Shown in pieces: positions 13,820 to 24,982 of a stretch of DNA of 64,000 nucleotides. The notes beneath the pieces were generated by a model, which saw only the letters and a list, made by a program, of their open reading frames with translations, searched no databases and had not been told where the DNA came from. Both the position numbers and the translations under genes were made by a program. This stretch comes from Amphiscolops sp. MND2022 (lineage: Eukaryota): positions 53,136,001 through 53,200,000 of the forward strand of contig OZ076409.1 of the NCBI GenBank assembly GCA_964187785.1, in the 5' to 3' direction. Positions within the stretch are counted from its first letter, which is position 1, and each line of letters opens with the position of its first letter.

Positions 13820-13923
13820 GTTGACCGAAAGAGATTTTGCCAAAGTTCTTGGGTAGGTCAGGTGTACCGAAAAAAAGCCAAGACTATAATCGTTCTTTTA
13901 AAAAGAAAAGCCCCGACTAAAAA
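13820..13923 (-). repeat. HINE-like terminal fragment
   Basis: GACTATAATCG...AAAAGCCCCGACTAAAAA resembles the family end seen at 3421-3466 and 12568-12614. Confidence 0.45.
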
Positions 13924-14590
13924 TGGTGTTATAGCACCTCAGGTTGGAAAAATCCAAAGGTTCAGTCGATTAGAATCGAATTCCCGCCTTGTATACGACA
14001 ACGATGAAACATCAAATATGTTAGGAATTGAGGAGTATTTCATTTGTGTTGATTTTTATGATATATTACAGGCGGCAAAACTACAATTGTTCTGTGGTGG
14101 AAGAGATATAAAGTTTCAACACTGATTGACTTTCAACCACTACTTTGTTGCTGACAGGCCGTATGCTAAATCAGATATAACGTTAAAAGTTCGGGTAAAC
14201 CGCTCATTTTTTGAGCGTCACTTAAAATCTATCAGTCAATCAATCAATCTGTCCAACGAACAGTTATAGCGTGGTTAAGTTTGGAATCATAATGAAACTT
14301 CAGTCCTGAGCGGCAGCCGTTCAGAATATAAAACGTTTTTTAACCAGTAAAAAATGAAAAACACAAAGGTAGACTCTTGATGTAGAGAGAAACATTTCCA
14401 AAACATTGCACAATTGCGAAAGTACCTTGTGTTTTCGTATAGACCTCTGATCAAGGAATGCAGTCTTGCAACTGGCCCACACTTTTGGTTCCAAGCCATC
14501 ACGGATCCGAAAAACAAAGTCATGTGGCGAGCCCAGACTTCTATGAGTAGTAGATTTAATATATTTCCATTGGAAAAGAGCATGATAATG

Positions 14591-15033
14591 TTTTTAGTCG
14601 GCGCTTCTTGAATATATTGACTATTTTCTTTTTTAATCCACACGAACTGACCAAAATAGTTCTACAAAAGTTCTACAAAACTTTATGGTCCCAAATTGAA
14701 TCATTTGGCCTAGCGAACTGAACCAAAAAGGTTTTTCTTCTTTTTCCGCGTAACATACCATACAGTTCCCCATACAGTCCCCTTTCAGTTTTTTTCGGCA
14801 TTGTGCGACTTTTTATCGGAAAAAAATTCCCCCAAAGGGTCCCCTCTTCAATTTTTTGACGTTTTGCAACAATGGATGTTAAAAAATGCGAAAGGATCCC
14901 TCTTTTAGCGCGCCAGTTGCGTCGTTTGGGTTTTTCGTGAGTTTGATACTTTGAGTTTTTTTGACACTTTCATGTCCTTTTGCTATTTTTGAGCCTCAGA
15001 TATGGCGCCGACTTATGCCATTCCCGGCTTGTT
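14591..15033 (+). mobile_element. HINE-like non-autonomous element (full ends)
   Basis: TTTTTAGTCGGCGC (14591) ... GGCGCCGACTT-ATGCCATTCCCGGC-TTGTT (15033); internal CCCAAAGGGTCCCC units. Confidence 0.7.
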
Positions 15034-15229
15034 AAAATTTTAAAGTAGTTTAATTTGTAAAAGAATCAACAGGAGCCCTCTGGCGCCACTGGATGCACTT
15101 TAGATCTCGGGCAAACCCAATACTTGAAATTTTTGTTGAGATGTTTCTTGAATAAAACCTCAATAGTGGAAAACTTTTACTAACTTTTGAAACTTTGAAA
15201 AAGTTCGCGACACAAAAGGGAATTCATTT

Positions 15230-15450
15230 CGGATTTTTAACATCCATTGTTGCAAAACATCAAAAGAATGAAAGGGGGACCCTTTGGGGATTTCTTTCCG
15301 AAAAAAAGTCTCACAATGCCTAAAAACTGAGAAAGGAACCCTTTAGTCTTTCCTGTTATAGTATGTTACGCGGAAAAAAAGTATAATCCTTTTTGGTTCA
15401 GTTCGCTAGCCCAAATGTTTCAGCTTTAATTTGGCACCATAAAATTTTGT
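15230..15450 (-). repeat. Internal HINE-family fragment
   Basis: Reverse-complement similarity to 14670-14885 (CATCCATTGTTGCAAAAC, GGGGACCCTTTGGGG, ATGTTACGCGGAAAAA, TTTTTGGTTCAGTTCGCTAG). Confidence 0.6.
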
Positions 15451-16251
15451 GGAACTGCCTAAACATGAATGTGCTCAAACTTGGTGTTAGAAGCGTGTAA
15501 TTGTTATTTTTTGTTTTTCAAGAAAAATTGCCTCATTCAGAAAATTGATTTCTTCTCATTGCCATGTAGCAGGTGAACTTGTGAAATTATGGAGACTATT
15601 GTCTTCTTTAGTTGAAGTGGCACTTTAAAACCACCTTTACAGAAGCTCTTGGCTGTTCTATTGTAACGTTAAGCTAATGACGCACATACTAGAACTGGGA
15701 CAATACTCAGGCTGCCTAGACAGGAGACCATAGTCCTACAGCTAGCCTAAACTTTAGTTTTTAGTTCCTAAAAGTCTCCTAGGGGACTTTTTCATACGTC
15801 TAAGGAGACTCCTTAAATTAGAGCTCCGTAGCGACGTGCCGGCACACTCAAAGTCCGGACACGTCCCACAAGCCTGTAAAAATGTATCTTACGGTTCCTG
15901 TGACTTCCTACATACTCCCGAGGTCCAAAAACAGGTGTTTAGCAAAGGTACATTCTATTAGATGAATAGTATTTGAAATGAAGAAAACAAGAATCTAGTA
16001 GATCCTGTACCATCACCAATCAATGAAACAACATTCAAAATAATGAAATTACTCAAAATCAATACATTCTGCATTTTCATGGAGTTTTCAGAGTTTTTGG
16101 AGCAAACCTTCGAAGGGTTACGTCTTTTTTCAGGGTCTTCTGAGGCATTTCTCTGAGTTAGACGGCACAATACAATGCTTTCTTCTTCTCTGACGTATCT
16201 CTTTTTGTCTCTTCTGGGGGTGTTCCTCTCGGTTCTCTGGGTCTCTGTCTC

Positions 16252-16772
16252 TTTTTAGTCGGCGTTTTATCTTTTTAAGGAAAAATGCCCCCGACTATAG
16301 CAGTGACCTTTTTTTCTTCAGACTACAATCCTCACACTGATCGGTCCACTTTTCTTACAATTCTTACAATCTTAAAATCTTAGCGTATTTTTGCTCGCTT
16401 AGAGTATTTTTGGCTCTGTGAGACTTTTTTTCGAAAAAAAATTTTCCCCAAAGGGTCCCCCCTTCAATTTTTTTGGAGTTTTCTGACAGAACGGATGTTG
16501 AAAAATCCCAAAGGGTCCCCCCTTTCAATTTTTTCGGCATTGTGAGACTTCTTTCAAAAAATTTTTTCACCAAAAGTGCCCCTCCTTCAATTTTTTTAAT
16601 GATTTGCGACAGAATGGATGAAAAATTTCAAAGTCCCCTCTGGTGCGCCAATTCGGCTCAACTTTTGGGTTTTTCCGGTACCGTAAAAGAGAATACTTTG
16701 ACACTTTGAAGTCCTTTTGCTGTTTTTGAGCCTTAGATATGTCGAAGACTTGGGCCGTTCCCGGCTTGTTTT
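16252..16772 (+). mobile_element. HINE-like non-autonomous element (full ends)
   Basis: TTTTTAGTCGGCG at 16252 with nearby partner CCGACT; tandem CCCAAAGGGTCCCCCCTTCAATTTTT units; 3' end GACTTGGGCCGTTCCCGGCTTGTT. Confidence 0.7.
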
Positions 16773-17207
16773 GTTTTCCCACCTGTTTTTACGTACCTGC
16801 TAGGTGGGCCATCTTAATTTTGCACATAATCGCACATTTTTTGAATTACAACGAAATTTTGTTTCGCTGGTGCCGGACGTTACATATTATCACAAACCGG
16901 AAACTTCTATCGAGGAGGGCGGAAAATATATGGCTTTTTTGTTTAAATAAACATAAATGGCCTAAACATATATGTTCGTATTTCAATTGCGTGCTTCCAA
17001 TCGGCTGTAAATGTATTACATTGTATAGGTAAGATTATGGATCCTGGTGTTTGAATGAAAGCTTCAACATTTCGTCTATACTAAAAAACATGGTTATACA
17101 TTTTGTGGCAAACAGTTTTCCTAAGAATGATCTGTATATGAACATCTGAAAAGCTGACGTTTCATAGGTTTTCTTCCATCGAATCTCTATGATGTTTTCA
17201 GAGAGCT

Positions 17208-17879
17208 ATGTATGGTATCGCGTCAACTTCTGGAAGTACATCATCTACTACTGAGACGGTCAACCATGATGAAACGCCAAGAATGCCTACATTACGCCTA
17301 GTGCTTACGACCCCAAAGACGAAAAGTTTGTTTGAGAAGCACTTGAAAGATTTCTTCGAAAATTCGACAGATTTCAAACTCTTCACGAGGAAGGAAAGAG
17401 ATGGTATAATCAAACAAGTTGAAAAACATGGACATTTGAGCAAGGAAAACATTGAGAAGATCAATAACAAAATTGACATGGAAATCGGAAAAGTTTTGGA
17501 GAAGTATAGAAACCAGATTTTAAAGGTTTTGACAATCACCGCAGAAGACCCACCTGAAGTTCAGCTTTGGAAAGTGAGAATGGCACGCGAAGTTGCTCAA
17601 AGTTTGAACAATCTTTTCCAATGGATTTCCAAAAGACTAGATGAGATATTGCAGATCGAAGACTTAAAGAAACGCAGAGCAGAAACTGATGACCTCTTCA
17701 AGAAACTTGATAACATCATGAAAAAGAGCTTGTTCGACGAAGAACCAGAAGTGGACATTTCTAATGGAGTATACCCTCAGGCAGAGAAAAAAGATAATAA
17801 ATTGGGGGAAGAATTGCTCACCAATGAAAAAGAGCCTCAAGCTGGAGAAACAACTGACAAGTTTCCGGAAAAAATGTAG
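17208..17879 (+). CDS. 223-aa alpha-helical protein of unknown function, family member 3 (intact)
   Basis: Uninterrupted ORF; clear paralog of 6776-7337 and more distantly of 3675-4142. Preceded by TTTTCAG|agagct ATG, with a candidate donor AG|GTAAGA at 17029. Confidence 0.85.
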   Translation: MYGIASTSGSTSSTTETVNHDETPRMPTLRLVLTTPKTKSLFEKHLKDFFENSTDFKLFTRKERDGIIKQVEKHGHLSKENIEKINNKIDMEIGKVLEKYRNQILKVLTITAEDPPEVQLWKVRMAREVAQSLNNLFQWISKRLDEILQIEDLKKRRAETDDLFKKLDNIMKKSLFDEEPEVDISNGVYPQAEKKDNKLGEELLTNEKEPQAGETTDKFPEKM

Positions 17880-18459
17880 AGAGACTGTTTGGTTTCCGAA
17901 ATCTGTTAATATTATAAAGACTAAATCAACAATCTCCAAGCACTAATGGTTAGTCATATCACATTTCAATTCTATTTCATCAAACTAACATCTTCAAATT
18001 CTTAGATCTTCAAACGTTCACAAGGTTTGTTCATTTTCAAGCGTTGAAGTGTAAATAATGACTGTCGTTCATACTAAAAGAAACTTTGTGAAACAAGACT
18101 GCAATCTGTTTTCATCGATCCAAGGATTGTACTTCATCGAGTCACAGCAACCTATAGAAAATTGGGCCAGTTTTGCATTCGCAGATGATGTTTTGACAGA
18201 GAGGTCTAGTAAATCAGCTTTAAAAACCTTTGTCTGCTGTATATAAAAATCTCAAGAAGACGAAGTGTGGAATGTTCAAAAACTTGAACTGCAGTCACAA
18301 CGGGAGCTTGGCTGATCTAAACTCGCAGCATTCTTTTCAATTCTTTTTTCAAAAAAAATTACTTGCTTTCACAACCCACATCATTCCTGGTTTGACTTAG
18401 TAAGATTTAGATAGGCATTCTCTGAATCAAAATCAGTGAAAGAATAGATAATTCCACTT

Positions 18460-19914
18460 CCCTAGTCAAAACTGCAGGAATTCATTAAATATTGTATGGA
18501 AGCATGTGGGAAAATTTTTTCAAAAACATAGAAAATACATGACGTATGCATGACAAAATCTTGCAAAACTTCCCTGCTGCTTGAAAAATTCTGGGGGAAT
18601 TTTTCTGCTCTTTTTGAAAACGCCCGTACAGCCTACAGAACGTTTCAAAAAAAAGCCTTACTATGAACAAGATTTCAGGAAAACGTATTTCCTATTTCTT
18701 CCTATATCAGAATTTTCTTGAGAAGCTCCTAAAATAGCTAAAACATGTAAAAAAAGCCAAGCAAAAACTCAACACAAAAACAAAACGAATTTAAAATTTA
18801 TCAAAACAATAATCTCGTCCACAACAAATTATCTGAAAAAAAATCATCCGAAACACTCAAAAATGTTTAACATCCAGAAAAAGTGAGTATTACAACTCCG
18901 CTGCTGACAATCAAGGCACATGTTCCTTGAAATAACCTTTCGGGAAATTTGATCTTCTTTTGCCAAAATTTGACCATTTTGAAAGGTATGAGTCTGAATT
19001 GTACCATAGATTCAAAGCATATCGACCTGAGTGAGGTTTTGACATGCGCCAAGAGCATGTTCATTGAGGATTCGATTTTCTGAAGATAAATACTAGAAAT
19101 AATGGAGACGGAACCCTGGTTGGAACTGCTTGAACTTTTTACAACTTTTTGTAGGTTACCAAGCTAATTTTTCATCATTTTATGAAATTTTCAAGGAAAC
19201 GTCCATGCAATAAAACTTCAATGATGCAATTTTAATTTATCAAGCAACCTATAAGATGCATCCTAAATTTGGCGGCAATTCCGAGCCACGAAGTTTTGCA
19301 GGTTTCATGAAGACGACGTTCTAATTTTGAAAGCAGTTGAGACGTTCATCAATTTTATCGCGGTTCCCTTGTTGAACTTGCTTGAACTTTTTATATGTTC
19401 TTTGATGTTGCCAGCAACTTTTTCAATGATTTTCTAAATCTCTTACGGAAACTTCAATGCGTTATTATTTCCCTGTTGTCATCAACTTTTATCAAGCTGC
19501 TTCAAAGAATCATCAAAGTTTTGGCGGCAATTTCAAGCCGTGAAGTTCTGCGAGTTTTATCATGCATCAGTTCTAATTTTAAATGCATCTGAGACGTTCA
19601 CAATTTTGCCGCCATTTCAATGCAATTTAATTTCATTCACAATGTAAACAGCAAACTAGCGTCATCTTCAGCGTCTTATTTGAGAAGCGGTGGTTAAATC
19701 AGATGAGTAGTTGAGAAATTAATGTGTGAATAAAACGTGCTCATGTCCATAAAGAATAGGGAAATATTTTCAAATTTAATTGCAGTAGTGGAGAATGCAG
19801 TGTAATTCTACAAGATTTACCAACGGATGCATACTGAATTTTCTAGGTTTTATAAAAAATTACCCTGCATGCAGGCCTGCAGCATGTAAAAAGTTCAAGC
19901 AGTCTCAACTAGGG
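18460..19914. mobile_element. Putative non-autonomous TIR element with CCC...GGG ends (CMC/EnSpm-like)
   Basis: Left end CCCTAGTCAAAACTGC, right end GCAGTCTCAACTAGGG, TT on both flanks; internal ~250-bp degenerate duplication (19120-19620); another end fragment at ~20110-20216. Confidence 0.45.
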
Positions 19915-20424
19915 TTTTCAATGCGAATAAATTTCAGTGACATCATAAGTTTCAAAGTAGCGTCATATTCACCGTGCTATTTGACTAACGGTGTTTACAT
20001 AAGGTTTACTTGAGAAACTTACGCGTGAAAACAAAGTGATCGCGGTGGTAAAGAAGTAGAAATGTTTTCAGATGCAACTCAAATAGTGAAAGCTGGATAG
20101 TAATCCTACAAAATGTTTCCATGCATGGTCCCTGAATTTTCCATGTTTTATAAAAAAAATTAGCCGGCATTTTTTGGAGGTGCTTGTAAAACGTCGCGGC
20201 AACTTCGACTAGGGAAGACATTAGGACGAATCGAAATGCCTCATCGCAGCTAAAGTCAATGAAGAAAAAGAATTGTTCACAATTCAGGCGACTGTGAAGG
20301 TCTCCTCTTATGAAGGTCTAACAGCTACTACATTAGTGAGATTCATTTGCCTAAATATTTCAAAAATATTTGATACGTTTTTGACGTCTACCAGAAAAGT
20401 TTTGGAAGTGCTGCTGTACTATGT

Positions 20425-20809
20425 TGTTTTGGGTCGTTACCAACCGCTGTTTTTAACGCCCTTTCAACGTGGATTTTTAGGTGATCAGAAGAATCTTTTC
20501 ATCCACGTATCGTTTTCGATAGGATTTACAGTGTTATATTTTCCAGCTTCATTTTCTTTCAGTGACTCTTTTGACGATTGAATTATGAGTTTTTGAATCT
20601 TTGAAGTCATTTCCTCTTTCAAAGGAGCTCTAAGTCTCTCCACCTCTCTATTTGCGACTTCGTGATTTTAGGTTTGCCGGAGCCGTCTTGAGAACATTGT
20701 TGCCTTGAGTATCTTACACTACTTTCAATTACAATGGGAATGTTTACAGTGCGACTTACCGTTGTCTTTTTTCTTGGACGATTGTCTTTTTCTGACTAGT
20801 AATCGGCAT
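20425..20809 (-). pseudogene. Decayed relic of an LTR-encoded gag N-terminus (element C-like family)
   Basis: Starts MPITSQKK at 20809; later VERLRAPLKEEMTSKIQKLIIQSSKE resembles LTEIKTSLRKEIMSDLTKILAENQKE from 55479-55718; several stops. Confidence 0.5.
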
Positions 20810-21129
20810 TTTGAGATGCGAATTCTCTTTCCAAAAAATTTTACTATTTCGTGGAAACAAAGTTTTTCATGCGCGCGTACACTTAGAGTCCTGAAAAAGT
20901 ATTCATTTCCGGGAAATACTCGAGATGAATTTCAATCGCTTCAAAGATTCGCCGTTTTTTCGAGAACAATCTTGGAAAAATACTAAAAATGCGTCAGGTA
21001 TACGTCATGCTCGGGTAAACCAGTTTTGCACTGTGTTAATTAGTCATCTCGCAAACAGAAAGTGGTATTTACATTTTAAGAGGGATCAGAATTTTTCATT
21101 ATATTCCCCCAACTTTACTTGAATTTGAA

Positions 21130-22700
21130 AAATTGGGGAAAATAGAACAGAAATTGAAAACTCACTTAATGGTCGAGAGAGATGCTAGGAAGAGTACTTT
21201 TTGATCAACTTTTAACGGGCCAAAAGCTTGGTGTTTAGCATTGTGACTATGAAGTGATTGGATGGAACGCCTAAAACGTTGCGTTGACAAAAGTTATGAA
21301 CAACTCATTGTCCGAGGCGGCCGCCTGTGATGGGAATGTTTTTTCAAAAAGCGATAACTACCAGCGGGCCTTGCCGAATACTATTCCATTAAACTTTTTT
21401 CAAGAACTTCCAAGAACTTTTTTCCCTAACCAGGAAACTGTTGTTAATTGTTGGGTTGTTTTGATAAGTAAATCATAAGCGACATTTACTGCAATTATAT
21501 AATGATTTAGTACGTCTATTTGGACACCAAACGCACAAGCGAGAAGAAAACGAGTTCAAGTGCCTTCTCGCTTGACGCGGTGGACAAGTAGTCCAAAAAG
21601 TTTTCAGCCAATCACAATGCAGTACTATTTGAATCAAAAGTGTTGTTATCATCCGTCAGAACGGCTAGCTGAGTCTAAGCAACGTTCTCGTCAGTTGAAT
21701 ACGGAAAGAGTGCCAAATAAAGGGCATTATGTCCCAAGGGAAATTGAGCGCCTTTAATGCAGTTATTTCTTATTCTGTGACCTAATTGTGCTCTAGTTGA
21801 ATGGGTGATATTGAAATCAACCCCTCGTCAATACTCTGGAACTGTGGAAATGCAATTCATCAATGTATGTAAGTTTAGGCCTAGATGACCAAACGACATG
21901 TAATATCTCTTTAATTTAATTGCTATGCAGTAAATCGTTCAATATGCATATAGTGACGTCTTGAAGGGACCCCGCTAACTTTCCGCGCCTTTTAGTCCCA
22001 ACAAAATGATGTAATATGTCGTCATATTTAAAGAATGTTACTATTTATAGTCCTTGTTGATCTATTTATAGATTGATGTTAATCAAAATTAGGAGTGTCA
22101 TGTTGTCCTAGGTATTTATACGTGGGACAAGTAGGCCTCTTGACACACAAAACGTGAAACCTCTCTCAAGTATAGTTTGTATACCACATTGCAAGGATAA
22201 TCAAATATTCCTCTTGCACAAGTTCTTATGACTTCCACTAGAAGACAGAAAGCGAAAGCAAGAAAGTCTAGGGAAATGGACATGATGTCTGACCTTGACA
22301 ATATAGATATATCATTTGGGAATGCAAGGGTAAACCCTCTTGAAAGGGAGCTAGCTAATGCTAATGAAGGATCAGTTAACAACGAGGACACTGAGTCTAA
22401 CTCTCGTTTCAGGAGAAATTTGTCTCAAGAAAAAGAGATTAGAGACTTTAACAATGAAAACGCAATCCCTTGGCAAGACAGACTACTTGAGTTTTTGGAA
22501 GTTTTTACAAAATGGAATAAATTTGAGACTTCCCAAAGAAATGGACTCAATGATGTCATAATTCCGCGATATCTGAAAGAGTAATCCCTGAAATCCAAAA
22601 TATTGTGAGTTCATTGCCCTCAGGACATAGGGACACCGAGTCCGGATCATCCACGAATAGCCAGGAAAATAGAGAAGAAGTGAATGGGTTAAAAACAAGA
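21130..22700 (+). mobile_element. Decayed LTR-region relic of an element B-like family
   Basis: Same order as 43500 to 41606 on minus: SLSEAAACDG..NTIPL (vs AVSQAAAGDG..GTLPI), then the CAGCCAATCACAAT box, then MTSTRRQKAKARKSRE..NLRLPKEMDSMM (vs MPTTRKQKKAGKSR..NSRVSREMDEMM). Boundaries approximate. Confidence 0.65.
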
Positions 22701-22818
22701 ATAGTGAAGCACGATTTTTAACTGAACGAATAACATATCAATTTCATTTTTAATTGTTTGCATCATCAAACTATATTTCCATAGTGTTTTCATTGTATTT
22801 TCATCATATACATTATAT

Positions 22819-23089
22819 TGTACTGACCTACATTAATAACCAATAGTATTTAGATGTTTACAGAATGTTCTAGAATGTACATTTATTTATTATTGAATGA
22901 CTGTAAATCTCTACTCGCTCAGAGAGAGAAAACTAATAATCAGTATTCGGTTGATTTCCTTTTTGTTCTACTTCTAACACCTCGAACTAGTTGTAATAAA
23001 GTTAGCTAGCTAGCCTGTCTCTTAGCCGCTTTTTACTAAGTTGTTAACACCATCACCACCAAAAGTAACCAACTATAAAAAGCAGCACA
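22819..23089 (+). repeat. Element A 5' LTR (271 bp)
   Basis: TGTACTGACC...GCAGCACA; AATAAA at 22995; direct repeat of 41048-41320. Confidence 0.95.
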
Positions 23090-23092
23090 ATT

Positions 23093-23104
23093 TGGTGCGA
23101 CTTG
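23093..23104 (+). promoter_or_regulatory. Element A primer-binding site (tRNA not assigned)
   Basis: TGGTGCGACTTG begins 3 nt after the LTR end. Confidence 0.75.
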
Positions 23105-23328
23105 TAAAATTTCTTGCCTTTTCTCCTGGATGATTTCTCTTCTCTCAACAATCATACAAATACCACTCTCCATCTTTGAAATTCTCTGGAATTGCAGTGA
23201 AATCTTTCTAGAATTTCTTGAAAATTTTGGTCTGTGACTTTCTGAATTTCATCAAAAAATACATCATTGTTCGAAATACAATTTCTCCACTACAACAATC
23301 AACTCAAATATAACGAATTTTCTTCACT

Positions 23329-23610
23329 ACCGGTTTATCACGTTTCCTAACACATTGACACGGTTCTTCTTCCTGCTCTTCTTGCCATACCGGTTTATCA
23401 CGTTTTCCAATACGTTGAAACGGTTTCATTTCAGACTGATTTATCCATTGTGACACAGTTCTCTTTCTCTTCTCTTTCCAGACTGATTTATCCAAAAGTG
23501 ACACAGTTCTGTTCTCTATACTGATTTATCACAGCTAATCCGGAAGCTTGTTGAAACAGTTCGTTGATGTTTGTCTGGTTTATCAATGTTTTCTAACACC
23601 TTTGACACAG
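23329..23610 (+). repeat. Six-unit stem-loop array in the element A leader
   Basis: Units CYG-RTTTAT(C)-CA...TG-AMA-CRG at 23329, 23389, 23435, 23482, 23520 and 23575. Confidence 0.75.
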
Positions 23611-24982
23611 CAACTTTCTTCAATCCTGCTATCTTGAACGTCAGGTGGACTCCTGGTGTAATAGTTGACTGAGTGCATGTCCAGCTCCGCTCACCTATAA
23701 GCACATACGTCTCAAGATCAACTTCGTGTTGGCAGAAAACCTGGATTTTCTACCTTTACGTTTCGGATCCATTTTCTACGAAAAATTCCTGCAAAATAGT
23801 TTTCAGAAATAGACTCTGAATACAAAAAAGGCAACCAAGAGTGTCTACAAAAAACAACCACGCACTATTCCATTTCTTTTCCTATTGTCGACAAACAATA
23901 CAAATAATTTCACAAAACTTAAACAATACAAGTAACTTCAAAACTTAAACAACACAAGAAAAATAACAACACAATCTACACTCAACCTTAAAACTAGTAC
24001 TTTCACCGGTAATAATTTTAACATAATCCTACAAAACAATTATTTTAACAAAATACCACATACAAATCTCACAACTCTTTTGCTCTAAAACCTAAAATAA
24101 GGCATGTAAATAACACAAACACTGTAAAGTTAGTTTTCTACTTTCAGGCTCCCACAATTCCTATCCCCTCCCGTAAGACTTAGACAATCAGACAGCCTCA
24201 CCAGCTTACTCTGATTCTAAGACTGACTAACAACCTTAGTTAAGTGTAAACGTCTTTAAGGAGAATCGAGAGGACACCGAACTACGTTCGAATCTTCAAA
24301 ATTCTCAGAAAGTAAAAATAAAAGTAAAAGAAACAAAGATCAAACTTTGATCTTGATCAGTATTGATCAGACTTTGGATAGTGGACGTTGATTGTTCAGA
24401 GTTCCACTCCCTTAGTCTTAAAACACACAACCCACTTAAAATTAAAACAACCTTAGTTTTTCTGGACGTGTCAGTAACCTTATGTTAGACACTTTAAAGT
24501 GATCCAGACTTAAAATCACATTTAGTTTCTATTAGCAATCCTTTGAGGTTGAATACAGATCCTAGTGCATCCGCTTCTTTCTTCTCTATCGAAAACTACT
24601 AACTTCCCAAATAACTTCAAATTCTTGTTAGAGCACAAATTATATGAACTCTAACATATACAATCAAGCGATTTATCCTTTCATTTATTACATTCCGCCA
24701 ATTAGCTCCCTTCAAAACACTACATCAAACGATTTTGAAAGATTAATTGAACGATATCAACAATATTTTTTCTTTATCATAAATCAACAAAGACATTACC
24801 CAAGAGCTCCAACTTAGAGAATCTCTATAAAAAATTACTTCAAACGTTTCAATCTTCACATTATAACATGTGGGAAAAAGTTACCACAGTAGTACTCATT
24901 ACAACATACACGTTTTGTGTCTTATTTATAGTTTGTGTTCTCCTTGAACAAATACTTACAGTGATAAGAGACAAACTTTAAA

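Noticed and set aside
8040..15910. Inverted repeats upstream of paralogs 2 and 3 as evidence of an inverted segmental duplication
   Set aside because: The proteins are too diverged for shared non-coding sequence to be expected, and I saw no continuous similarity between repeat and gene; independent repeat insertions are simpler.
16364..16782. Short ORFs with GGTLW / PPFNFF repeats
   Set aside because: Translations of HINE internal tandem units.
23329..23610. CRISPR-like repeat/spacer appearance
   Set aside because: Units are degenerate and irregularly spaced, lie in a retroelement leader in eukaryotic DNA, and no cas genes are present.
24645..24900. Possible small ORF upstream of element A gag
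   Set aside because: Under 60 codons before the first stop, with further stops and no recognisable motif; not supportable without other copies.
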